Of a stretch of 64,000 nt of DNA, positions 54,201 through 61,426 are shown piece after piece (positions within the stretch are counted from its first letter, which is position 1; each line of letters opens with the position of its first letter). The position numbers and the translations under genes were made by a program. The stretch comes from a virus (Duplodnaviria; Caudoviricetes), in the IMG/VR virus record IMGVR_UViG_3300031938_000001, positions 8,828 to 72,827 of that record; one strand, given 5' to 3'. The notes below the pieces were generated by a model. That model was not told the origin of the DNA. It ran no database searches and worked only from the letters and a program-made list of their open reading frames with translations.

Positions 54201-54445
54201 GCGCCCGGCACCCCGCTACGGCGGAGTTGGGCGATGTAGTTCTTCGCGGCGTGCCCACTGCGGGGCGGCGTGCACGCGGTGAACACCTTCTGGCCGCCCG
54301 GCCCGAACCATCCCAACTTGCCGTTGCCGGTTATGAAGATGGCCCAACCCTCGGCACGCGCGGCTTTGGCGATCTTCCGCCATTGCCTCGGGATGCTGTT
54401 GAGGCCAACCTCGTTGCGGCCCTCGGGCAGCAGGGAGACTCGCAA
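54197..54445 (-). CDS. HicA-like small protein
   Basis: ARAEGWAIFITGNGKLGWFGPGG...TACTP...KNYIAQLRRSG; start uncertain. Confidence 0.55.
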   Translation of the reverse strand: MRVSLLPEGRNEVGLNSIPRQWRKIAKAARAEGWAIFITGNGKLGWFGPGGQKVFTACTPPRSGHAAKNYIAQLRRSGVPGA

Positions 54446-54465
54446 CTCGCGAGACTTCTGTCGGC

Positions 54466-55023
54466 TCAGTGAACGATGGTGACCTCGAGAGCTGGCCTTG
54501 GGTTGCGAATGACCCTCGTCTCCAGCAGGGCTGCTCGGTTCACTTGGTTGACCGCCGTCCGCATCCTCGCGCGAACCTTCGCAATGTCCTTCTGGTCGGA
54601 CGGCAGGTGAAAATACGTGGTCCCAGAGGCGCCGGCGACCTTGGTCGCCGCGTCCTTGGTGAGTTCAGGCAGGTCTCCCTCGGGGATGACCGGCTCGGGC
54701 ATGCTGGGAAGCGGCTGATCCTGCGGGGGCGGGCTCGCCTTCACCCTCGGGAGCGAGTGCCGGACGCCCCGCGCGGCAGCCACCGCAGCGCGCACAGCCT
54801 TCTCGTCGTCCTCGGTGAGGGTGTTCGACACGTCATACCAGATGACGATCTCGCCGTCGAACGACTCGACGGTCACGATGTCGTCGTAGTACTTGATGCC
54901 GCGAGCCTCGAGGTCTTTGTTCACGAAGGTGAGAGCCTTCGTCAACTCCGTCATGTTGCTGGGGCTCGGGAGAATGACTTGTTTCTTGATCACGGTCACC
55001 ACCCGGTGTGTGTATGTAGCCAC
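54466..55023 (-). CDS. hypothetical protein
   Basis: GTG with RBS aaggag; 185 aa. Confidence 0.7.
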   Translation of the reverse strand: MATYTHRVVTVIKKQVILPSPSNMTELTKALTFVNKDLEARGIKYYDDIVTVESFDGEIVIWYDVSNTLTEDDEKAVRAAVAAARGVRHSLPRVKASPPPQDQPLPSMPEPVIPEGDLPELTKDAATKVAGASGTTYFHLPSDQKDIAKVRARMRTAVNQVNRAALLETRVIRNPRPALEVTIVH

Positions 55024-55050
55024 TGGACTATCTCCTTGTTGTGTGTCGGG

Positions 55051-55887
55051 TCAGGCAATGTCGGCGGCGTCGCGCATATCGCGCTCGGCCACCCCGGTGT
55101 AGATCTCGGTCGTTCTACTGGTCGCGTGACCGAGAAGGTCTTGCACCGCTCGGAGATTCTTGCTCTTGGCGTATGCCGCCGTTCCGAACGTCGCTCGCAG
55201 GTCATGGCTCGAGACGTGCCGGGCGAGGCCAGCGCGTTTCGCCAGCCTCGTGATCACGTCGCGAGCGGTGCGGTCGGCCAGCGGGACGAGGTGGGCACGG
55301 TGGGCGAGGACGGCCTCGGCCACAGCGTCACCGATGTACCGCCACGCGGTCGCACTGATCGGCACCACGCGGCGACGGTCACCCTTGCCGCGCACGACGA
55401 GGGTCATATCGCGGGTGTCCACGTCGGCGACCCGCACGGCTATCGCCTCGTGCACGCGCAGCCCGCACAGCCCACACAGGGCCACGAGGGCGCGGTGCTG
55501 GGCGCCGTGGGCAGCCTCGACCATCCGGATCACCCCCTCGGCACCCTCGGGCATCGGGTGGGGCACCGGGCGCGCGGCCGATGGCGCCCGGTAGTCGAGC
55601 AGAACCTCGGGCATGCCAGCGAACCCTGCGAACGAGCGCAGCGCGGTCCTACGGCGCTGAGTTGTCTTGGCTCCCCACACCCTCCGGTGCAGGTTCAGCC
55701 ATGCCTGAGCGCACGTCTCGAACTCCACCATCGGGACCTCCGTCGCCGGGGCCATCCACGCTAGGAACAGGCGCAGGTCGCTCGCGTAGCAGCGCACTGT
55801 GTGGACGCTTGCCCCCCTCCCGGTCAACCACGAGCGGTGCCGCTCGATAGACTCGTGGGTCAGAATCGTCTCCCGCGTCGTAGGCAT
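55051..55887 (-). CDS. XerC/D-like tyrosine recombinase
   Basis: CGLRVHEA (R), VRGKGDRRR (K), SSHDLRATF (HxxR), LLGHA...TTEIYT (H, Y); RBS aaggagg; 278 aa with no arm-binding N-terminal domain. Confidence 0.93.
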   Translation of the reverse strand: MPTTRETILTHESIERHRSWLTGRGASVHTVRCYASDLRLFLAWMAPATEVPMVEFETCAQAWLNLHRRVWGAKTTQRRRTALRSFAGFAGMPEVLLDYRAPSAARPVPHPMPEGAEGVIRMVEAAHGAQHRALVALCGLCGLRVHEAIAVRVADVDTRDMTLVVRGKGDRRRVVPISATAWRYIGDAVAEAVLAHRAHLVPLADRTARDVITRLAKRAGLARHVSSHDLRATFGTAAYAKSKNLRAVQDLLGHATSRTTEIYTGVAERDMRDAADIA

Positions 55888-56122
55888 CTTTGGCCTCCTT
55901 GTCGTACTGGATACAGAGTGGACGTGCTTCCTCGAAGGCGGAGTCGATCACCGATTTCACGGCCTCGAGCTCTTCCTCCGTCATGTGCGTGAGCATGAGG
56001 TACTGCGGCTTCTGCATGCGAGGGAATCGGAACGAGAGAGTCACGCACTCTCGTCCGTCCTCCTCCTTCTCGGCTGGATACCTACTCTTGATCGCCTCGA
56101 TGCCCGCCGTCTTGACGATCAT
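55649..56122 (-). CDS. hypothetical protein overlapping the recombinase 5' end by 239 nt
   Basis: MIVKTAGIEAIK...LTHMTEEEL; the frame stays open deep into the recombinase. Confidence 0.6.
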   Translation of the reverse strand: MIVKTAGIEAIKSRYPAEKEEDGRECVTLSFRFPRMQKPQYLMLTHMTEEELEAVKSVIDSAFEEARPLCIQYDKEAKDAYDAGDDSDPRVYRAAPLVVDREGGKRPHSALLRERPAPVPSVDGPGDGGPDGGVRDVRSGMAEPAPEGVGSQDNSAP

Positions 56123-56174
56123 CTTGGTCGAGTCCGAGTAGCGGCCTCGGGACGGGGCGCTGCCCCGGTAGCGG

Positions 56175-56426
56175 CTAACCACGAGGAGCAATCTTCGTGT
56201 CGGCGTAGCCGGGGGCGGCGTTGCGGATCGGCTGCGTCCACGCAGGGTCGTTGGCCCGGCACTCCGAGCAGATCCATGCGACCGTCCGTGACTTGATTGT
56301 CTTGACCGGGCGCAGGGTCGTGAACGTCACCCGCTTCGCCAGCAGGTCGTTGCGCTCCCGCTCGCGCTTGCACACCGAGCAGACATATCTGATGTCTCGA
56401 TTGCTTGGCGCCTTCTCTGTCTCCAT
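56175..56426 (-). CDS. Zn-binding hypothetical protein
   Basis: CSVC...CSEC; RBS aggag. Confidence 0.65.
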   Translation of the reverse strand: METEKAPSNRDIRYVCSVCKRERERNDLLAKRVTFTTLRPVKTIKSRTVAWICSECRANDPAWTQPIRNAAPGYADTKIAPRG

Positions 56427-56436
56427 GAGGGTTCTC

Positions 56437-57054
56437 CTAGATGTCTGGAATGTCGTCGTCGAAGTTGGCATAAGGCGCACAGGTTGTGCACATGCCGGTG
56501 GTGAGGATTGAGTACGTGTCCATCAGGTCGAGCGCGGTTGACTCCGGCTCCCTCGGCACGCCCGACTTGAAGCGGTTGCCCACGTGGATGCGCGCCGTGC
56601 AGGGTCCGACCGTCTCGTAGGCGTGCGCGAGGTAGTCGAACAGGATCAGCCGGATGGCGTTGCGCCCTTCACCGCGAGCGATCACCCCAAGGTGGGCGAC
56701 CGTGGGCGACGTGGGCGGACTCGGCGGCTCGGTCAGCAGTGGCAGCGCCACCTCGTGCATGCCAGCGGTGTGCAGCCCTTCTACGAGCACCGACGCCCAC
56801 ACGTTCTCCGTGGGGCGCAGCGGCACCGTCACATAGGTGGGCTCGGTGATGGCGTCGATCTGCTTGGAGTCGGCGCCGCTGGTGATGAGGCGCTTCATGT
56901 GAGGGCACCACACGCACTTGTCGCCCTTGAGGGGGTTTATCTTGTGCCGGCTGCAAATGAGTCGGTGCACGTCGGTGTCGTCAGAGACGGTGGCTCGGGA
57001 CTCCACGGTGCCGGGGTCGGCGGCCATTACGTCGCCGATCATCAAAGTAGCCAT
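56437..57054 (-). CDS. hypothetical protein
   Basis: ATG 57054 with RBS gaggagg; Cys pairs. Confidence 0.6.
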   Translation of the reverse strand: MATLMIGDVMAADPGTVESRATVSDDTDVHRLICSRHKINPLKGDKCVWCPHMKRLITSGADSKQIDAITEPTYVTVPLRPTENVWASVLVEGLHTAGMHEVALPLLTEPPSPPTSPTVAHLGVIARGEGRNAIRLILFDYLAHAYETVGPCTARIHVGNRFKSGVPREPESTALDLMDTYSILTTGMCTTCAPYANFDDDIPDI

Positions 57055-57428
57055 CGAACCTCCTCGGGGCTCATTCCAAAGACGCGAGCCTGCTCGCGCA
57101 GCCAGTCGAAGTCTCGACCGATACGTCTTATGCGGTTGGGGTGTCGGTGCCCGAGCCACGTGATGAAGTCGGCGCGATCTCGGGGTGTGCTGGTGGACGG
57201 GTGGGCTTTCTCGAGCTTGTTGCGATGCTCGCGGTAGTACTCACCTGACGCAATGAGGAAGGAGTCAACCTCCTCATCTTCGAGCGGGTGTGGGTCGCGC
57301 CGGGAGTACCGCTTCGGAAGTTTGACCTTCTGCAGCGGCTTCGGCGCCTCGCGCTGGCGCTCCGTCTCCCGCTCGATGTATGACTCGAGCCGGTCGGCGG
57401 TGCGGTTCAGCACGTCAGTCAGACCCAT
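57042..57428 (-). CDS. hypothetical protein
   Basis: 128 aa, coupled to neighbours. Confidence 0.65.
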   Translation of the reverse strand: MGLTDVLNRTADRLESYIERETERQREAPKPLQKVKLPKRYSRRDPHPLEDEEVDSFLIASGEYYREHRNKLEKAHPSTSTPRDRADFITWLGHRHPNRIRRIGRDFDWLREQARVFGMSPEEVRWLL

Positions 57429-57678
57429 GGATCAACTCCATGCGCTTCTCGTGGTCGGCGTCGATGCGCTCTATGTCGGCCTTCACGATGGCTTCCGAGT
57501 AGTCGGGGTACTCGTCGTTGGGGTACTCGCGATTGAGTTCCATCGACGCCTCGGCGGTGTCCACGAGGTACTGCACCCGGCCGTCGTCATACACCGCGAC
57601 GACCACCGGCAGCCCGAGCAGGTACTTGCGGCTCGGCACGTCACGCGAGTCGTGCTTCCTACGAGGCGCTCCCCTCAT
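57415..57678 (-). CDS. hypothetical protein
   Basis: 87 aa, acidic C-terminus. Confidence 0.55.
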   Translation of the reverse strand: MRGAPRRKHDSRDVPSRKYLLGLPVVVAVYDDGRVQYLVDTAEASMELNREYPNDEYPDYSEAIVKADIERIDADHEKRMELIHGSD

Positions 57679-57967
57679 CGAGGGTCACCCCCTCGGGGTC
57701 GGCGCCGGGGGCGGCGACCGCTCCGGTCTCGGAGTGCACCCACGTGGGGCCTTCGCCGCCGGGCACCCTCTTGACCCACCATTTGCAGACGGCGCAGTGC
57801 TGCTCGGCGTCGGAGGCTGGATCCTCGGGGCGGGCCTTGTGCACGACGGGATTCATGGCCGCCTCGCGAGCGATCATGGCCTTCTTGCGCGACACCGGCT
57901 GCCCGCAGTCGCAAGGGTTGTGGTGGCAGATCATGCACGGTTCTTGTGGGACTATCTTGTCGGCCAT
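57659..57967 (-). CDS. Cys-rich hypothetical protein
   Basis: CMICHHNPCDC; CAVC; ATG 57967. Confidence 0.65.
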   Translation of the reverse strand: MADKIVPQEPCMICHHNPCDCGQPVSRKKAMIAREAAMNPVVHKARPEDPASDAEQHCAVCKWWVKRVPGGEGPTWVHSETGAVAAPGADPEGVTLDEGSAS

Positions 57968-57993
57968 GGTCGGGTCTTTCTGTCGGGTCGGAG

Positions 57994-58036
57994 GCGCGGC
58001 CGGGGGTCGGTGAACGGGGCGACCCCCGACCGCGCT
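57994..58036 (-). terminator. hairpin downstream of the surface-protein gene
   Basis: GCGCGG-CGGGGGTCG / CGACCCCCG-CCGCGC. Confidence 0.5.
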
Positions 58037-58100
58037 AGGGCCATTGTGCCAGCGCGTAGCGGCGATGTGCAACACCGCTCGCGCTATCGGCATCGGTCTG

Positions 58101-58760
58101 TCAGTGGCGACGCATTCTCGAGGCCGAGTAGGTGGCGGCGAGCCCACCGACGGCCAAGATGGCGATGATGAGAAGGATCATGCCGAGAGGGATGCCGGTG
58201 TAGGCCAGCACCTTGCCCTCGCCAGTGATCTCGGTTGCCTCGTTGCCGGGCATCGTCTGAGTCACGGTCGTGTCGGGCTCGTGGACAGTCACAACCTGCT
58301 GGCCGCCGGGCACCTGAACCGTGCGCGTCTCGACTGGAAGGGTCACCGTGTTGGTGACCGGCTCGGGCGTCACCGTCTCGGTGACGGTCGTCGGCGGCTC
58401 GGTCACGGTCGAGGTCACGGTGGGACCGGGCACGTTCTCGGTGACGGTCGCGGTCGGGCCGGTGACGGTCGAGGTCACGGTCGGTCCCGGCACGGTCACC
58501 TCGACGGTGGTGGCACAGGCGGCACGGATGGCGTCGGCGTCACCGTCACGCCCCTCGATCTTGTCTCCGGGGTGCTGCGTGTGGTCGTTCGCCCCCTCGC
58601 CATCGGCGCCGCTGGCGCTCACCTCGAGCAGGGCGGTCGGGTTGCTCTCGCTGCCGGTGGCGTGGCACACGAGTACCTTGTCGGCGCTGGCGAGCGCGAC
58701 CGTCGGGACGGCGACCAAGGAGGCGCTGGCGAGCATGCCAGCGACGATGATCTTCTTCAT
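58101..58760 (-). CDS. secreted cell-wall-anchored protein with a LAXTG sorting signal
   Basis: Sec signal MKKIIVAGMLASASLVAVPTVALA; CHATGSESNP domain; Thr/Pro/Val stalk; LAYTG followed by a hydrophobic helix and RMRRH tail. Confidence 0.85.
   Translation of the reverse strand: MKKIIVAGMLASASLVAVPTVALASADKVLVCHATGSESNPTALLEVSASGADGEGANDHTQHPGDKIEGRDGDADAIRAACATTVEVTVPGPTVTSTVTGPTATVTENVPGPTVTSTVTEPPTTVTETVTPEPVTNTVTLPVETRTVQVPGGQQVVTVHEPDTTVTQTMPGNEATEITGEGKVLAYTGIPLGMILLIIAILAVGGLAATYSASRMRRH
58381..58500 (-). repeat. two imperfect 60-bp tandem units encoding the T/P/V stalk
   Basis: 58381-58440 and 58441-58500 align (e.g. ACGGTCGAGGTCACGGT in both). Confidence 0.75.
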
Positions 58761-58784
58761 GGCTGATCCTTCTGTCGGTTATAC

Positions 58785-58827
58785 TTTGCTGGGAGTGTGC
58801 CGGTTTTACACGAGGGGTTCTACTCGG
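58785..58827 (-). promoter_or_regulatory. repeated upstream element
   Basis: TTTGCTGGGAGTGTGCCGG identical to 60839..60857, plus AGGGGTTCTACTCGG similar to 44437..44451. Confidence 0.6.
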
Positions 58828-59293
58828 AGAGATCCGTACCGACGTTCTCGCGCGTGTTGTCGTCGGTGCGGTCGGTGGCGAGCGAGTCTCGAATGGCCTT
58901 GTCCATGATCGAGTCGTCGCCTCGGTGGGTGGTGAGCGCATGCAACGGCACCTCGACGGTGGCGTCGCGGTCGGTGTTCTCGCCCTTCTTGGCACCCTTG
59001 GGCTTGGGCCATGTGGGGTCGGCGAGGAAGCCGAACTCGTCGGCGTCGGCGAGGCGCTTGTCCCCGCGAGGCGGGTAGATGCCTCGGGCGACGGGCGTGG
59101 TTGTGTCCTTCGCGCCGCTGCGAATGTCGAAGAGGCCGGGGTTGGCCCGACCTGCGATCCACTTCACGGCGGCGACGTAGTTGTAGAAGAACCCCACCCA
59201 CTGGCCGCGGTTGTTGTAGACGTTCACCAAGGCTGGCGTCGAGGCCGTCTCGGACTCCTCCGTCTCGACGGTCGTGTCCTTCTCGTCGCTCAT
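58820..59293 (-). CDS. hypothetical protein
   Basis: 157 aa, ATGA-coupled. Confidence 0.7.
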   Translation of the reverse strand: MSDEKDTTVETEESETASTPALVNVYNNRGQWVGFFYNYVAAVKWIAGRANPGLFDIRSGAKDTTTPVARGIYPPRGDKRLADADEFGFLADPTWPKPKGAKKGENTDRDATVEVPLHALTTHRGDDSIMDKAIRDSLATDRTDDNTRENVGTDLSE

Positions 59294-59496
59294 GCCTTTG
59301 CCTTCACATTCGCCTCGGTCACGCAGCCGTCGCAGGTCGCGCTGGCCGGGGCCTCGATGGAGGTGGCCTCGACGCCCAACTCCCGCAGCGCGTCGAGCGT
59401 GGCGGGCTGGTGCTCTGCGCAGAGGACCGATGTCTGCTGCTCGACGCCGAGGATGAACTGGAAGATGCGTATGTCCAGCAGGTTGTCCATGGTCAT
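59290..59496 (-). CDS. small hypothetical protein
   Basis: ATG 59496 overlaps the upstream TGA; CAEH...CDGC. Confidence 0.6.
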   Translation of the reverse strand: MTMDNLLDIRIFQFILGVEQQTSVLCAEHQPATLDALRELGVEATSIEAPASATCDGCVTEANVKAKA

Positions 59497-59807
59497 GCCC
59501 TTTCCCATTTGTCGTGGCCCACGATCAAACCGAGTCGTGCGCCGTTGTCCCACGTCACGTGGAGCGTGAGGTTGTCGTCGATGAAGGAGACGGTGCCCAA
59601 CGTGCCGGGCGGGACGTTCTCGTTGTCGTCCACCACGGCGGGACCGAAGTCCACTGCTCGCACGCGGTCGCCGACCTTGATGTGGCTGGCCGCGTACTTG
59701 GCACGGACCATGGCCTCGGTCTTGCCGTGGAAGTAACCCTTGTCCGTGGAGGCTCGCCAGTTGTCCTGCGAGAGCTCGGTGACAGTGATGAACCTGTTCT
59801 CACTCAC
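59493..59807 (-). CDS. DUF4314-like SH3-fold protein
   Basis: KVGDRVR...PPGTLGTV..IDD...LHV.WDNG..LGLI.G.D. Confidence 0.8.
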   Translation of the reverse strand: MSENRFITVTELSQDNWRASTDKGYFHGKTEAMVRAKYAASHIKVGDRVRAVDFGPAVVDDNENVPPGTLGTVSFIDDNLTLHVTWDNGARLGLIVGHDKWERA

Positions 59808-60040
59808 TGCGGCATTCCCTCCTCGAGTCGTGCGATCTGCGAGATGCCAGCCTCGAGGATCGCGATGGTGTCCGGCACCGAGGCCGGGTCGTCGTGGTCG
59901 GCGATGCGGAGGTGAGCCTCGCGCATGGTCAGGGCCTCGACTTGGTTGATGCGGTTCCGGCGCGTGAGGTTGTAGATGTCTCGACGGCCGTCGGCGCGAT
60001 TGCTCTTGGGCTTGACCTTCGCCTTCGCTTTTGCCGCCAT
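59804..60040 (-). CDS. small basic hypothetical protein
   Basis: MAAKAKAKVKPK...; TGATG coupling. Confidence 0.65.
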   Translation of the reverse strand: MAAKAKAKVKPKSNRADGRRDIYNLTRRNRINQVEALTMREAHLRIADHDDPASVPDTIAILEAGISQIARLEEGMPQ

Positions 60041-60810
60041 CACTTGCCGGCCTTCTTGGGGGCCGCCTTCTTCTTGGCCGAGGTCATCTTGGTGGCGCGC
60101 TTCGGCTTCTCGATGGTGCCGAAGATGGGCTCTTGTCCGAGGGCGACCAGCAGGGCGTCGATGGCCGCAGCGCCGCTGATCTCCACCTTCGGCATCATCA
60201 TCTTGTCGCGCGGGGTGGCGTTGTAGGCGTGCGTCTGCCACTGGTTGCGCCCGGCGTGGCGGACGAGCAGGAGCGGAGTCACGGACGTGTGGACCGGAGG
60301 CTTCGGGTCTCCATACGAGGCGGGGACGGGCGCCGAGGGCAGGCCACTGGCACGCATCACCGAGTCGAGCTTGGCAGACATCTCCTTCGCCTCCTTCTCT
60401 GCGTCGGCGGTGAGGTAGCGACCGAGGATGCGCTCGGCGTGCAGCGAGACGTACTCACTCCACAGGCCGGGGATGTCCTGCGGCTTGACGACCATCTCGA
60501 GCGAGCGGCCGTCGGCCTTGCGCTTGCCGTCGCGGTCCCAGTCGTACTGGGTGACCTTGACTCCACCCTTCACGACGTACCGGATTCCGGAGTTGCTCCG
60601 GAGGCGCTGCGAGGCATCGCAGTTGGCCCAAGGGTCGAAGCCATCGACCTTGCCGGCCGCAGGATCGCCCTTGGTCACCTTGAAGGTTGTCTTGCCGTCA
60701 ACGGTGTGGTTGAAGGAGTAGTGACCGCCCTCCACAACATCGCCGGTCACCACGAGTTTGCCGTCACAGGTGGCGTACTCGGTGTTCGGCTTGAGGTCCT
60801 TGATGCGCAT
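60040..60810 (-). CDS. hypothetical protein
   Basis: 256 aa, Lys-rich C-terminus. Confidence 0.75.
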   Translation of the reverse strand: MRIKDLKPNTEYATCDGKLVVTGDVVEGGHYSFNHTVDGKTTFKVTKGDPAAGKVDGFDPWANCDASQRLRSNSGIRYVVKGGVKVTQYDWDRDGKRKADGRSLEMVVKPQDIPGLWSEYVSLHAERILGRYLTADAEKEAKEMSAKLDSVMRASGLPSAPVPASYGDPKPPVHTSVTPLLLVRHAGRNQWQTHAYNATPRDKMMMPKVEISGAAAIDALLVALGQEPIFGTIEKPKRATKMTSAKKKAAPKKAGK

Positions 60811-60838
60811 GATTCTGTTCTCGCTCTCTGTTCTGTGG

Positions 60839-60857
60839 TTTGCTGGGAGTGTGCCGG
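60839..60857 (-). promoter_or_regulatory. repeated upstream element
   Basis: Exact 19-bp copy of 58785..58803, about 30 nt upstream of an ATG. Confidence 0.6.
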
Positions 60858-60909
60858 GGTGCCCCGGCTGGACGATCTCTCGCCCAGCCGGGGCGTTGTG
60901 CTGCGAGGA

Positions 60910-61155
60910 TCAGGAAGCCTTGCGGGCCTTCACCTCTTGGATCGACTTGATCTCCGAGAGGACAATCCCCTTCGGTTCGACCGGACCACCGTCGGCCTTG
61001 ACGTGCAGGACGACGGCCTTGTCCGTGACGACGGCGATCTTGCCGCGCGTCGTCGTGGTGTCCTTCTCCACGATCTCGACGTGACGATCCTTGTACGCCT
61101 CGATGGTGGAGTGTGCGGGGTTCTTGACCACCGGCTTGTCAACGCCCTTCGGCAT
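60910..61155 (-). CDS. small basic hypothetical protein
   Basis: 81 aa; RBS gaaagg. Confidence 0.7.
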   Translation of the reverse strand: MPKGVDKPVVKNPAHSTIEAYKDRHVEIVEKDTTTTRGKIAVVTDKAVVLHVKADGGPVEPKGIVLSEIKSIQEVKARKAS

Positions 61156-61197
61156 GAGCGGGCCTTTCTGTTCGGGTTCGGGTCGGTCTTACTGTCT

Positions 61198-61404
61198 CCG
61201 TGCCGAGCACGGACGGCGCACCGTAGAGGCTCGAGGGCCGCTACGGTGCCCCGACATCGCTCGGGGTGTCGGTGGTGCCGGGGGGGTGGGGTGTCGGTGG
61301 TCGGCGCGCTGCCCCGCTGGCGCCCGCTGGCGGGTCGCTGGCACCCGCTGGCGGGTCGGGGGTATCCGTACACCCCCCGACCCGTTGCGCCCGTTAGCGG
61401 GCGC
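61198..61404. repeat. non-coding block of hairpins and direct repeats
   Basis: Five inverted repeats; GGGGTGTCGGTGGT twice; CCCGCTGGCG three times. Confidence 0.65.
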
Positions 61405-61426
61405 CTATCGGCATCTGACCTCGGCG

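Noticed and set aside
54197-55023. HicAB toxin-antitoxin pair
   Set aside because: The neighbouring 185-aa ORF lacks recognisable HicB features.
55051-55887. Integrase/attP module implying a prophage boundary
   Set aside because: No att core, adjacent tRNA fragment, repressor or host genes seen in the window.
59500-59506. GGGAAAG near the DUF4314/59290 junction
   Set aside because: Not in X XXY YYZ register for the translated DUF4314 frame, and the downstream gene has its own ATGA-coupled start.
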